Of a stretch of DNA of 64,000 nucleotides, positions 51,401 through 63,400 are shown one piece after another. This DNA comes from Pristiophorus japonicus (Eukaryota). The DNA is taken from the NCBI RefSeq assembly GCF_044704955.1, contig NC_091977.1:344038001-344102000 (forward strand), read 5' to 3'. The notes under the pieces are model-generated. The model did no database searches. It was not told the origin of the DNA and saw only the letters and a list, made by a program, of their open reading frames with translations. Both the position numbers and the translations under genes were made by a program. Every line of letters starts with the position of its first letter. The stretch's first letter is position 1.

Positions 51401-51975
51401 CTTGGCTCCCCTGCAACCACGTTTCTGTAATGGCCTACAAATCATACCCATTTGTAATGATTTGTGCCGTAAAGTCATTTACTTTATTTTGAATGCTGCG
51501 TGCGTTTAGGTAGAGTGTTTTAATACTAGTTTTTAAACCATGATTTTTAGTTTTGACCCCTCCTGCAGCCCCTTTATATTCATACATATTGTCCCTTCCT
51601 ATCACTTTGTGGTTTACACTTACCCCAGTGCTATTCTGCTCTGTTGCCTCCTGCCTTTTGCATTCTTTCTTGGGGTCCTGTTCATCTGAGCTCTCACCCA
51701 CTCTAACTAGCTCAGAGCTCTCTCCTGGGTTCCGAATACTCCTTGCATTGAGGCACCGAGCTTTCATGCTTGCCTTTTTTATTACCCTTTGACCCTTTAG
51801 AATTTTGCTGTACAGTGGCCCTTTTTGTTTTTTGCCTTGGGTTTCTCTGCCTTCCACTTTTACTCATCTCCTTTCTGTCTTTTGCTTTTGTCTCCATTTT
51901 GTTTCCCTCTGTCTCCCTGCATTGGTTCCCATCCCCCTGCCATATTAGTTTAACTGCTCCCCAATAGCACTAGCA
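48476..51975 (-). mobile_element. Young chimeric CR1 LINE (ORF1 end plus ORF2; longest ORF 49392-51416)
   Basis: EN motifs YRPP, MGDFN, SDH; RT motifs YLDFQKAFD, PQGSVLGP, FADD; two LNARSI motifs at the N-terminus; rc tail CATAAGAA. Confidence 0.9.
49173..49314 (+). mobile_element. Short (about 140 bp) tRNA-headed SINE, internally deleted relative of the 34862-37410 SINE
   Basis: A box GGCTCAGTGGTTAG, B box GGTTCAAATCC, GCTGACACTCC..GCACTGTCGGAGG joined directly to GCGCTATAT; interrupts CR1 ORF2. Confidence 0.75.
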
Positions 51976-53146
51976 CTAGTTTGATAAAAGTTTAGCATAA
52001 CTTAACTACTTTTCAATTCGATCCCTCTGGAAATAAACGCAAGTGCTTGGTTTGCTTTTTTTGGGCCTCATTAACCTATGTCGGTACTTTTAGTGATTTG
52101 TGTATTGGTACTCTCCGATTCCATTGTTCTTCCACCCCATTTAGATTCTTCTTTCCCAAGTAATATATGACCTCATTTTTCTTACCAAAATCTAATACCT
52201 CACATTTATCTCTGTTGAAATTCATTTGCCATTTGAAGAATGGAGAAGCTGTTGTATGGAAAGAACACTAGCTTGATATCAGAAAGACGGTGATCAGCAG
52301 GGTGAGAGGAGACATTATCCACAAACACACTGATCTTGTTTTTGACTGCACATTTGACTGTTGAAGTCCGTCGCCGAGGAAGTGAAGATTGCACTGGTAA
52401 TCCAGGTATTCTTGTTGTGCTCCCAGAGATTGAGTGAATAAGTCCAGGTTACGAAAATACCTGGGCTTAACAGCACAGCCGATGATTACAGGCTTGGTGA
52501 ACTCCCTCACATCATTGCAGCAAAAGGCGGCTGTGATGCAATCCTTTGAATTTTTGCTCATGGGATATGGTGAGGGTTTTGTTGGGTAAGGCCTGGATAA
52601 ACGTGTTGGTCTTGTTCACATTATAGATGTCACTTGGTTCATATGACTCGACCATGGACGGAAGATGCTGCTTGCAGTCATGGAAAACATTGGGGTCAAC
52701 GCTGGCACTCTCGCCTAAGACGACTTGGAATGAGCTGGAGTGATGGTTGCGGAATGTCTCCAGCCACCCATTGGTAGCATGAATGTGGTGATAGCTAGAG
52801 GATATTGGAGGGCTCTTTGTTGAAGGAGTGCAATGGGGATGCATTGTGACCGATGAGCAAGGTATTCACTGTGGATAGGTCAGATCTGTCGCAGGGTTGC
52901 TTTCTAGCAGTCAAGTTGTAGTGTTCACATGCATTAAGAAGCTCACGTTTACACTTCAAGATTTGGCTGGTCGTCTCATGCTGAACAATATGCTTACTTT
53001 TTTGATCCAGTGATAACATTGCACTTCAGTTTACCGCCATTTTCTCAAAATTTTTCCTGGTAAAGATTTTCAATCAATTTTGAAGATCCACTGCAACAAT
53101 GCTCGGAGCCTCAGTTTAGAAGCAACAAAACTGATGTACCTGTACC

Positions 53147-53273
53147 CAAAGTTTCTTGTAAGCTGCTCCAGGGGTCCCACGCAACAGGCTTGGGGCTTTT
53201 CAATCGAAAAATTGAGCTTGTGTGATATTTTGAATAGGTCGCACGGCCCGAAAAAAAATTACAGGGAACATTG
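53147..53273. mobile_element. hAT-type MITE
   Basis: 8-bp TSD CCTGTACC; right end AGGGAACATTG; homologous to 63009-63162. Confidence 0.8.
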
Positions 53274-53763
53274 CCTGTACCTGTTCCCAACGACCACAGA
53301 CAACCCTAATGTACCATATAGGTTTGTATTCTGTATCCGTGTGTTGGGTCTGCAGACATGCATACCTTCGGGTCTGCACGCATGCACACCAACCAGGTCT
53401 GTGCACATGGGCATCTTGGGGGTGGGGGGTCGCGAAAAGTGGGAATCTTCCAGGTCCGCGCACATGCCCACTTTCTGGCTCTGTGCATGGTTGGATGCAT
53501 TCAGATTAGCAGGGACAGCAGTCTGCAGGGGGGATTCAGAGCCCGATATGGGCAGGAACAGAAATGGAATCACATTCTTTAGACTTGCATACAGGTCAGA
53601 TACTTCGTGTTTTTATCAGTTGTGTCAAGCTGTGTCCATTGTTTTAAGTTAAATCAGACTTGGTTCATTGAAGGCTGCCGTAGTTTGTAATTTGCAAGTG
53701 TCTGTGGTTTCAAGAGGCAGCTTGTATGTTTTACAATATGAATTATTTTGGACTATCAATAAG

Positions 53764-54200
53764 TGGCCTAGCCTATAAACTGCCAAACCGATTTATTAAA
53801 CATTAAATGGATGTGAACAGTTGCAACGATACACTAGATTTTCAGTAGTTATAGCTTAAGTTATTCTTCCTCAGGAGATACAAAATAACAAACAATCGCA
53901 TCTGCTGCTAGGCTTCAAAGTGAACTGCATTTGGCATAAGGTCGCTGAATATTAACAGGTTTGCTACCAACCATAACAGCAAGATTGTCCATCATAAATC
54001 CAAGGGAATTCAGGAGAAACTTCTTTACCCAGAGAGTAGTTAGAATGTGGAACTCGCCACCACAAGGAGTTGTTGAGGCAACTAGCATCGATGTATTTAT
54101 GGGGAAGCTAAATAAGCGGATGAAGGAAAAAGGAATATAAGGATGTGTTGATGGGGGTTAAATGAAGAAGTGTGGGATGAGGCTTGTGTGGAGTATATCC
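53764..54200 (+). repeat. Local duplicate unit, copy 2 (see 37930-38380)
   Basis: Colinear with copy 1, including the CR1 truncation junction. Confidence 0.85.
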
Positions 54201-54425
54201 GAGTGATTATTTGCATTAGTTTTTTGAGCACCCTTCTGCACCTGTGCGCACTGGACACCGTCCCCTGTCCTTCTGCACATGTGCAGTCTCCTCGAACCCG
54301 ACACCGAAAGTTGAGCTTGTATTGTGAGCAGGAGTTGTCTCACATGGAGCTCATTGCCACTGGAGTTGTGCCGCATTTTCGCGGCTTTCTGTGGGAGAGA
54401 AAATATTGGAGGTGAAAGAGACTTT

Positions 54426-54600
54426 GGTGGGGGGGGGGGGCGGGGAAAGGAGGAGGAAGAGAAAAAGAGGTGCGGGGAGGGGTGGGGAGAGGAGGAGGGG
54501 AGAGAGAGAGAGAGGGTGGGGGGAGGAGGAGAGAGACTGGGGGAGGGGAAGAGAGAGGTGGGGGGCAGGGGTGGGGTGGGATGGAGAGGAGAGAGAGAGA
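54426..54600 (+). repeat. G/A-rich low-complexity purine tract
   Basis: Multiple G-runs and (GA)n. Confidence 0.85.
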
Positions 54601-55299
54601 CCCTTGGGTGAGCGGGAACTCCGGGAAGATGGATCAGGTTCTTCCAATCTCACGCCCGATTGGGTGTATGTGTGACTAGGGACATCATTGGAGTGAATGA
54701 AACGCGGAAGTCACGACACTGTCATTATTCACTTAATACCCAATAAACCTGTTGACATTCCGTGACCCACGCACAATGCCCCATCTATCGTGTGACGGTA
54801 CCTGTCATGACAAAGCCATTGAAGGACACTCTTGTTTTCAGTGGTGTCCTAGACATTACTCTCTGCCACGTCTCCCACTCTCTTTTTAGATTTTTCTTGT
54901 CTATCAGCCCCTAGTTTCTTCCCTTAATGATATCTCCTCCATTTCCGAAATCTCCTCCCAATTTCTAATCCAGTGGAGTTTGGCAGGTCACCTTAATGGG
55001 ATAGATTGCAGAAATGTGGGACTAAGTTGAAATTTATGTAGAGTGGAGTTTTGGAGGCTGGCAAGGAAGGGGTTAAAAAAGCCATCTCGAGATGACACAG
55101 GTCGGAATGGAGGCTGCAACAACAGTGGCGAAGAGGTGAATGGAGGTGGTGGTTATTATGGAAGTGAAGAGGGTGGATTTGTGATGTACTCTGTGCCAGG
55201 TTTGAACTCAGCTCTTTGTCTATGTTGTGCACTGTCGGATGGACTTGAAGGAAAGGAGAAAGAATGGTGATCAGAGCTAAAGCGTGGTCACGTTCATCT

Positions 55300-56730
55300 C
55301 CATATGTGTCCCCTCCACTTTCAGTGTGCTTGGCCATCTTCGATCCTCACCAATGTCCCACCCCTATTATTTGCTCCTGATACAACAGCCACCTCCAGGG
55401 GCTGAGATCTATGCGCCTCAACCTCAAATGCACATGGCCAGTGACCAGCCTGGTTGTCTACGACTGGATCTGGCTTCATCAGTATACTGAGCACTCCATG
55501 ATCTTATTAAAGAGCAGAAACCACTCCAAACTCCTCCCTCTTCACCACCAAACATCTTGTTCCCTCTCCATTCCCACTTTGGCCACTAATCGCCAATAGC
55601 TCATAGACTTTCCTGTGTTAAAGATAGAAGTCATCCACAAATCTACCTTCTCCTCTTTCTAAGCCCCCATCACTTCCTTGGCTGTCATTACGCTAATTCA
55701 TGAAATCTTCATCATCTATCTCGTATCATCTTCTATCCCAGCTCCTGTCAACCAACTTCTTCTGCTTGCTAACATCCTCCCTGTTCTCTGGCACTCTGCC
55801 TACTTCCTTCAAAATCACCGCCTTGTCCCCCTCCTTAAAAAGCTTTTCGCCCCTCCATTCTCTGCAAAAGCTTTTATTTTTGATGTCCTGGAGCAAATTG
55901 CCTTAAAACTAGGCTCCAACACTCTTTTTGACAGCTTCCATATATTTTCCCCAGTGCTGGGTCTGCTCTGGTTCAAGTCTGCTGCGGCTTGTTGTTTCTT
56001 AGCCTACTGCCCTTTCGGCTACTTTTTGAATATGGTTGATCATTCCATTCTCCTTAAATCTGTCTCCTGTTCACTTACGCAGCAGTGCACAGTCCTAGTT
56101 CCACGCCTACGAATCAATTCAAAGATGTTATATCTTAACTGTTTTTCCTCCTGTACCTCTCGCAATGAACCCCAGGACTCCATCCTTGGTCCCTTCCTGA
56201 TCATGATTTACATGCTTCCACATATGTGCCTTTGATACTCTGTTTATCTCTCCACCTCCTGCATCAGCTCTGAATGCTCTCCAACTGCCTGTCCAACATT
56301 GAGACCCTGATAAGCTCAATTTTTCTCCAGTCAATGTTGGCAAAACCGAATCCTATTTGCACCCAATTCATGATGTGTGAAACCTCAGTGTTCTGCTCTT
56401 CTCTAAAATGAGCTTCTTTCCTCACCTATCTTCCAGTATTATGGCCACGTTCCTCTACCTCTAACATCGCCTGCGTCTGCTCCTACTGCTCCCTTTTTCT
56501 GCGGAAACCTTAACTTCTCTCCTGCTCTCTCCTACTGGCTTCTCCAGCTCACTCATCGCAAATTTCAGTTCATTCAAACTAAGTAGCCTGCATTCTCACC
56601 CACACAAGTTCCCAGTCCCATCACCTGTCTTTGCTGACCTTCCATTCTCTCATGGATCAACTTTAAAATCCTTGTATTTGTTGTTGCATTTCTTCACGTT
56701 TTGCCCCACCCAACTCATCAATGTGCTCCA
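55300..56730 (+). mobile_element. Highly decayed L2 LINE ORF2
   Basis: PTSFKITALSPSLK, MVDHSILL, PQDSILGPFLIMIYMLP; pyrimidine-rich. Confidence 0.65.
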
Positions 56731-57882
56731 AACATGTTGTTTCAAAAATGCATTACATTTATAATTGTGATTACTTATAGTTCGAAGTGTAAAAAGCCCA
56801 CAGTTACTCAGATTATTTCTTAAAGAAAAGACACTGAGCTTAAAGGTTCAGACAGGGTCTACAGTTGTTATCTCTATGTTCTGCTATCGTTTATCATGAC
56901 TTTGGGCACAAAAAGCACACACTCTTGATTGTAGGGGGACATGAGATTTGATCCCGGGAGTGGCCAGTGACACTGAACTGGAGAAAATATCCGGTGTAAA
57001 AGCCCAAAAATATGACGCATATCTTCCTGTCCACAAATCTTTCTTTATCTCGTCACTACTTTTGCTCACGTTTTTGTCAGCTTTTCCCAATTCTAAATTC
57101 CATTCTCATTATTCCGCATTGAATTTTGCTTGGTCATCTTCACTTTCCTGATTTATTGTCATCTTCCAATTCAAATTCATCTGCCACTTTTTCCTCAGTA
57201 ACTGAAACTTCTAGGTCCAAAATGTTGAAAAAAAATTTAAAATCCAAAGTAATTACATATTTAAAATAACATGATTAAATTTATGCAATGATTTTGTCTT
57301 GTGTCTCTTTTAATGACTTGATTAAAGTTTTTACTTGAACATAAGAACATAGGAAATAGGAGTGGGAGTATGCCATTCGGCACCCTTCAATAAGATCATG
57401 GCTGATCATTGACCTCAACTTCACCTTCCCGCACTATTCCCATATCCCTCGACTCCTTTAGTATACAAAAATCAGTCGATCTCTGCCTTGAATGTACTCA
57501 ATGACTGAGCATCCACAGCTTTCTGGGATAGAGAATTTCAAAGATTTACAACCTTTTGCTTTAAGATATTTCTCCTCATCTCTGTCCTAAATGGTCAACC
57601 CCTTATTCTGAAATTGTGATCCCTAGTTCTAGACTCCCCAGCCAGGAGAAATAGCTTCCCAGTTTATACCCTCTCAAGCCCTTTGAAACATATACAATTC
57701 TTAATGAGATTACCTCTTCGGGAAGAGAGGCCAAGTTTACCCAATCTCTCCTCATAGGACAATCCCCCCCCCCATCCCAAGAATCAGTCTGGTGAATCTT
57801 GGTTGCACTCTCTTTAAGACAAGTCCAAAACTGTAGAGAGTACTCCAGGTGTGGTCTCACCAAGGCCATATATAATTGCATT

Positions 57883-60800
57883 ATCATGGCCCCCCAACCT
57901 GTGAGAGAACAACTCCGCAGGTCGGGCTATAAAAGAGCCGGAGCGGCGGGCCTGGGACATCGTGGCCCCCTGATCTGCAAGAGAAATTTAAAGGCATTTT
58001 GTCTAAATGCACGCAGCATTTACAACAAAATAGATGAGTTGACGGCACAAATTGAGACAAATGGGTATGATCTGATAGTCATTACAGAGACGTTGGTTGC
58101 AAGGTGACCAGGACTTGGAATTAAATATTCAGGGGTATGTGACAATCCGGAAGGACAGACAGAAAGGAAAAGGAGGTGAGATAGCTCTATTGATAAAGGA
58201 TGGAATCACTGCAATAGTGAGAAACGATATATGCTCAAAGGCATAGGATGTTGAAACATAAGGAATAATAAGGGGAAAAAGTCACTGATGGGCGTACTAT
58301 ATAAGCCCCCTAACTAGCAACTTTGTTGGTCGGAGCATAAACCAGGAAATAGTGGGGGCTTGTAAAAAGGGAACAGCAATAATCATGGGTGATTTTAACC
58401 TCCATATTATTTGGATAAATCAAATTGGTCAGGGTAGCCTTGAGGAAGAGTTCAGAGAGTGAGTAAGGGACGGATTCCTTGAGCAGTATGTAACGGAACC
58501 AACCAGGGGGCAGACTATTTTAATTCTGGTCCTATGTAATGAAACAGGATTAATAAACAATCTCCGAGTAAAGGATCCCCTTGGAATGAGTGATCATAGC
58601 ATAATTGAGTTTCAAATTCAGTTGGAGGGCAAGAAAGTTGGATCTCTAACCAGTGTACTAAGCTTAAATAAAGGAGACTATGAAGGTATGAGGGCTCAGT
58701 TGGCTAAAGTGGACTGGGAAAATAGATTGAAGTGTAGGACGGTTGACGAACAGTGGTGTACATTTAAAGAGATATTTCACAACTTGCAAGAAAGATATAT
58801 TCCAGTAAGGAGGAAAGGGTGCAAGAGAAAAGAGAAAAGAAATAAAGGATGGTATCCGATTAAAAACAAGGGCATACAAAGTGGCCAAAACTAGTGGGAG
58901 GACAGAAGATTGGGAAGCTTTTAAAAACCAGCAAAGAATGATTAAAAAAAATGATTAAGAAAGGAAAGATAGACTATGAAAGTAAACTAGCACAAAATCT
59001 AAAAACAGATAGCAAGACTTTCTGTAGGTATATAAAAAGAAAAAGAATGGCTAAAGTAAATGTTGGTCCCTTAGAGGACAAGACCGGGGAATTAGTAATG
59101 GGGAACATGGAGATGGCAGAAACTCAAAACAAGTATTTTGTATCAGTCTTTACGGTCGAGGACACTAACAATATTCCAACAGTGGATAGTCAAGGGGCTA
59201 TAGTCAGGGAGGAACTTAACACAATCACAATCACGAAGGAGGTGGTACTCAGTAAGATAATGGGACGAAAGGCAGATAAATTCCCTGGACCTGATGGTTT
59301 GCATCCGAGGGTCTTAAGAGAACTAGCAGCAGGGATAGTGGATGCATTGATTGTAATTTACCAAAATTCCCTAGATTTTGGAGAGGTCCCAGCAGATTGG
59401 AAAACTGCAAATGTAACGCCCCTATTCAAAAAAGGAGGCAGACAAAAAGCAGTAAACTATAGACCAGTTAGCCTAACATCTATGGTTGGGAAAATGTTGG
59501 AGTCCATTATTAAAGAAGCAGTAAGTAACAGGACATTTGGAAAAGTAAAATTTGGTCAGGCAGAGTCAGCATGGATTTATGAAGGGCAAGTCATGTTTGA
59601 CAAATTTTCTGGAATTCTTTGAGGATGTAACGAACAGGGTGGATAAAGGGGAACCAGTGGATGTGTTGTGTTTGGACTTCCAGAAGGCATTTGACAAGGT
59701 GCCACATAAAAGGTTACTGCACAAGATAAAAGTTCTCGAGGTTGGGGGTAATATATTAGCATGGATAGAAGATTGCCTAACAAACAGAAAACAGAGAGTC
59801 GGGATAAATGGTTCATTCTCTGGTTCGCAATCAATAATGAGTGGGGTGCCGCAGGGATCAGTGCTGGGACCCCAACTATTTACAATCTATATTAACGACT
59901 TGGAAGAAGGAACTGAGTGTAACGTAGCCAAGTTTGCTGACGATACAAAGATGGGAGGAAAAGCAATGTGTGAGGAGGACATAAAAAAGCTGCAAAAGGA
60001 CATCGACAGGCTAAGTGAGTGGGCAAAAATGTGGCAGATGGAATATAATGTTGGAAAGTGTGAGGTCATGCACTTTGGCAGAAAAATCAAGGAGCAAGTT
60101 ATTATTTAAATGGAGAAAGATTGCAAAGTGCTGCTATACAGCGTGACCTGGGGGTACTTGTGCATGAAACACAGAAGGATAGTATGCAGGTGCAGCAAGT
60201 GACCAGGAAGGCCAATGGAATCTTGGCCTTTATTGCAAAGGGGATGGAGTATAAAAGCAGGGAAGTCTTGCTACAGTTGTTCAGGGTATTGGTGAGGCCA
60301 CACCTGGAATACTGCGTGCAGTTTTGGTTTCCATATTTGCAAAAGGATATACCTGCTTTGGAGGCAGTTCAGAGAAGGTTCACTAGGTTGATTCCGGAGA
60401 TGAGGGGGTTGACTTATGAGGAAAGGTTGAGTAGGTTGGGCCTCTACTCATTGAAATTCAGAAGAATGTGAGGTGATCTTATCGAAACGTATATGATTAT
60501 GAGGGGGCTTGACAAGGTGGATGCAGAGAGGATGTTTCCACTGGTGGGGGAGACTAGAACTAGAGGGCATGATTTTAGAATACGGGGCCGCCCATTTAGA
60601 ACTGAGATGAGGAGAAATTTCTTGACGGTTGTGAATTTGTGGAATTCACTCCCTCAGAAAGCTGTGGAAGCTGGGACATTAAGTAAATTTAAGACAGAAA
60701 TAGACAGTTTCTTTAACGATAAGAGGATAAAAGGATAAGGGGAGCGGGCAGGGAAGTGGAACTGAGTCCATGATCAGATCAGCCATGATCTTATTGTATG

Positions 60801-61495
60801 GCGGAGCAGGCTCGAGGGGTCGTATGGCCTGCTCCTGCTCCTATTTCTTATATTCTTATGTAGAACAGCTCCGCAGGTCCGGCTATAAAAGAGCTGGAGC
60901 AGCGGGCCTGGGACATCGTGGCCCCCCCTGACCTGCGACAGAACAGCTCCGCAGATCGGGCTATAAGAACTGGAGCGGCATACCACTTCAACCTCCAGCG
61001 CGAGCTGCTCCAAGTGTGCGCCGATTTTGAGATGGGCGACTGGGTGACGTCAACAAAACCCTGGTCACCATTTTGCAGCGTGGGCAGGAACATCGGCAGG
61101 GCCCAGGTACAGAGGAGTGGGAAGATCGGGGCGGATGAGCAACGAGAGATCGTGGTGGAGGTGCAACAGATGAGGGTACGGGGCCCAGAAGAGCCGAGGG
61201 CCCAGGGGCAGCACGGGCCAGCCCACACTGCGATATGTGTGCGCGCTAGGTCTGTGCAGTAGAGCAAGTCTCCAGTCGTCTTGGTTAATCCTTGCCATTG
61301 GACCAAGACCTAGCTCTGTCAAGCCCGTGTGGTGGCTGGTGTGCAACGGTCACCACACGTCAAAAAAAATTCAAACACGGGTACCTTCCACCCCCTCAAT
61401 TGGAGTTCAGGACTGGAACATCGGGTCCTTCATCGAAACACCTGTGAACTCGTGGAAGCAAGTCATCCTCGTTCGAGGGACCACCTATGATGATG
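57883..61495 (+). mobile_element. Non-autonomous RTE-tailed retroposon with 5' tandem repeats of about 77 bp (57883-57986 plus 60862-61495), split by a CR1
   Basis: 13-bp TSD ATATAATTGCATT; 3' end GTGGAAGCAAGTCATCCTCG..CCTATGATGATG shared with the RTE copies; no RTE coding sequence. Confidence 0.8.
57987..60861 (+). mobile_element. Decayed CR1 LINE (near-complete ORF2, many frameshifts)
   Basis: LNARSIYNK through RT FADD; tail TTTCTTATATTCTTATG; AGAA flanking duplication. Confidence 0.9.
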
Positions 61496-62599
61496 ATATA
61501 ATTGCATTGACTTCTTTACTCTTGTACTCAAATCATTTTGCAATAAAGGATAACATACATTTTTTTTCCCTAATTGTCACTGCACCTGCATGTTAACTTC
61601 CTGTGATTTATGTACAAAGACACCCAGGTCCCTTTTTGAATATCAACATTTTGTAATCTCACCATTTAAAAAATATTCTGCTTTCCTATTTTTCCTACCA
61701 ATGTTAACTTTAAACGTCTACACATTTATTTTATCTGCCACGTACTTGACCAATCACTTAAACTGTCTACATCGCTTTGTAGCCTCTTTACGTCCTCCTC
61801 ACAACTTACTTTCTCACCTAGCTTTGTATCGTCAGCAAACTTGGATACGTTGCACTCAGTCCCCTCATCTAAGTTTTGGCATTTGTAAATTGCTGTAGCC
61901 CAAGCATTGATCCTTGTGGCACCCCACTAGTTACAGCCTATCAATACGAAAATGACCCGTTTATTCCTACTCTCTGTTCTGCCCATTAACCAATCCTCAA
62001 TCCATGCTTATCCCCATGATTACCCCCAATCTCTTGAGCTCTAATTTTGAGCAGTACAATGTGCCCAACCTCCCAGACTGTAATCAATATCATTTAATTT
62101 ACTCAATCTCTGGATTACATTTCCTTCAGTTTCTAGCAGTTTGTGCTCAATTTTTCAAAATTATTCAGATAAAGTTTATACTGGGTATTTTATTTTTCAA
62201 ATAGAAAATGATGGTCTGTACTGAATTTACACAGTTGTAGACTTTATCTTGTGTTCTAAAACTTTCGGCGAGCATATTAAGCTGACCAGGAGGTGCACAC
62301 AGTGTCTTTCCAATTCTAATTTGTGATCATGTTTTTAAAAAAAATGAGTGGTATTAGGAAGAGGGGAAGGTCACAGGAAAGCTGCATTTTCGTTGCAACC
62401 CTCATTGGAAAATTCAACCTCCAGCTGTCAGCACCTCTTTGCCCAGCCATGTCAGCCACCAGCTCTTAACTGTAAAGAGAAGACAGAAGCAAAAAGAATT
62501 GAGGGGTGGGGGGAGGGGAGCTCAAAAGAAAGTTGGGTCTGGAAATGGAAAAGAGTCAGAGAGAAGCTACAACACAAAAACAGCAGATTTTAAATGTTA

Positions 62600-63400
62600 C
62601 CAACAGCACTTATATAGCACCTTCATTGTAGTAAAACATCCTAAGACAGAAGTGTTATCATACAGAATTTGACACGAGATATTAGGACAGATGACCAAAA
62701 GCTTGGTCAAAGAGAGAGGTTTTAAGGATGAGACAGGTAGAGAGGCTAAGCGGGTTTAGGAAGGGAATTCTAGAGCTTTACGGCCTCGGCATTCGAAACC
62801 CAGCCGCGAATGGTGGAATAATGAAATTCGGGGATGCGCATGGGGCCAGAATTGGAGGAGCGCAGAGATCTTGGAGGGTTGTAGAGGTTACAGAGATAGG
62901 GAGGAGTGAGGCCATGGAGGGATTTGAAAATAAAGATACAAGAATTCTAAAATCGAGGCGTTGCCAGACAGGGAGCCAATGTAGATCAGTAAGCACATGG
63001 GTGATGGGCAGTGTTCCTGTTCAGATCTGCAGCGGTCTGGAGGTCCCGTGCAGGTCGGCCACTGGCTTTTGAATGGAAAAATTGCGCATGCGTGGAAATT
63101 TGAATGGGCCGCACAGCCCGTTAAAAGGGCCATGCACCAAAAAAAAATTAGAGGGAACATTGGTGATGGGTGAAGGGGACTTGAGTTAGGATACGGGCAG
63201 CTTAGTTTTGGTTGAACTCAAGTTTACGGAGGGCGCAAGGTGGAAGGCCGGCCATGAGAGCTTTGGAATAGTCGAGTTTAGATGTAACACAGGAATGGAT
63301 GAGAGTTTCAGCAGCAGTTGAGTTGAGGCAGGGCGGATATGGACGATGTTACAGAGGTGGAATTGGCTGTCTTGGTGATGGACAGGATACGGGGTCGAAA
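62600..63400 (-). mobile_element. L2 LINE 3' portion containing a hAT MITE
   Basis: Minus-strand MLTDLHWLPVWQRLDFRIL; rc L2 tail at about 62600. Confidence 0.8.
63009..63162. mobile_element. hAT-type MITE (154 bp)
   Basis: TIR CA(G/A)TGTTCC; 8-bp TSD GTGATGGG. Confidence 0.9.

Larger units (their letters stand above)
43303..52232 (-). mobile_element. Old CR1 3' fragment in pieces (52232-51980, 48475-48237, 47650-47546, 43430-43303), inserted in the Tigger transposase
   Basis: The pieces join into WQMNFN..KC -> ALERMQKRFT -> FFTQ -> 3' tail GGCCTGTTTCTGTG. Confidence 0.7.
39808..53040 (-). mobile_element. Old Tigger/pogo transposon split into about 39808-39900, 42460-43302 and 52233-53040
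   Basis: ATNGWLETF..GESASVD..IYNVNKT, VFVDNVSSH..KLVFFPYNSFSILQ (52233) continues as L*PLDQGITK..HHKNLL (43296); TA|CAGTGAAA terminus at 39808. Linking that terminus to the body is inferred. Confidence 0.75.
57338..62015 (-). mobile_element. Old CR1 3' part, split at 57882/61496 by an RTE-tailed element
   Basis: rc tail at 57338; LYMALVRPHLEY; continuation 61497-62015 encodes rc of GVPQGSMLG and FADD. Confidence 0.8.

Noticed and set aside
52233-53040. Host TIGD/CENP-B gene
   Set aside because: Multiple frameshifts, and it is split by nested TEs.
54324-54679. Gly/Glu/Arg-rich ORFs
   Set aside because: Artefacts of the G/A low-complexity tract.
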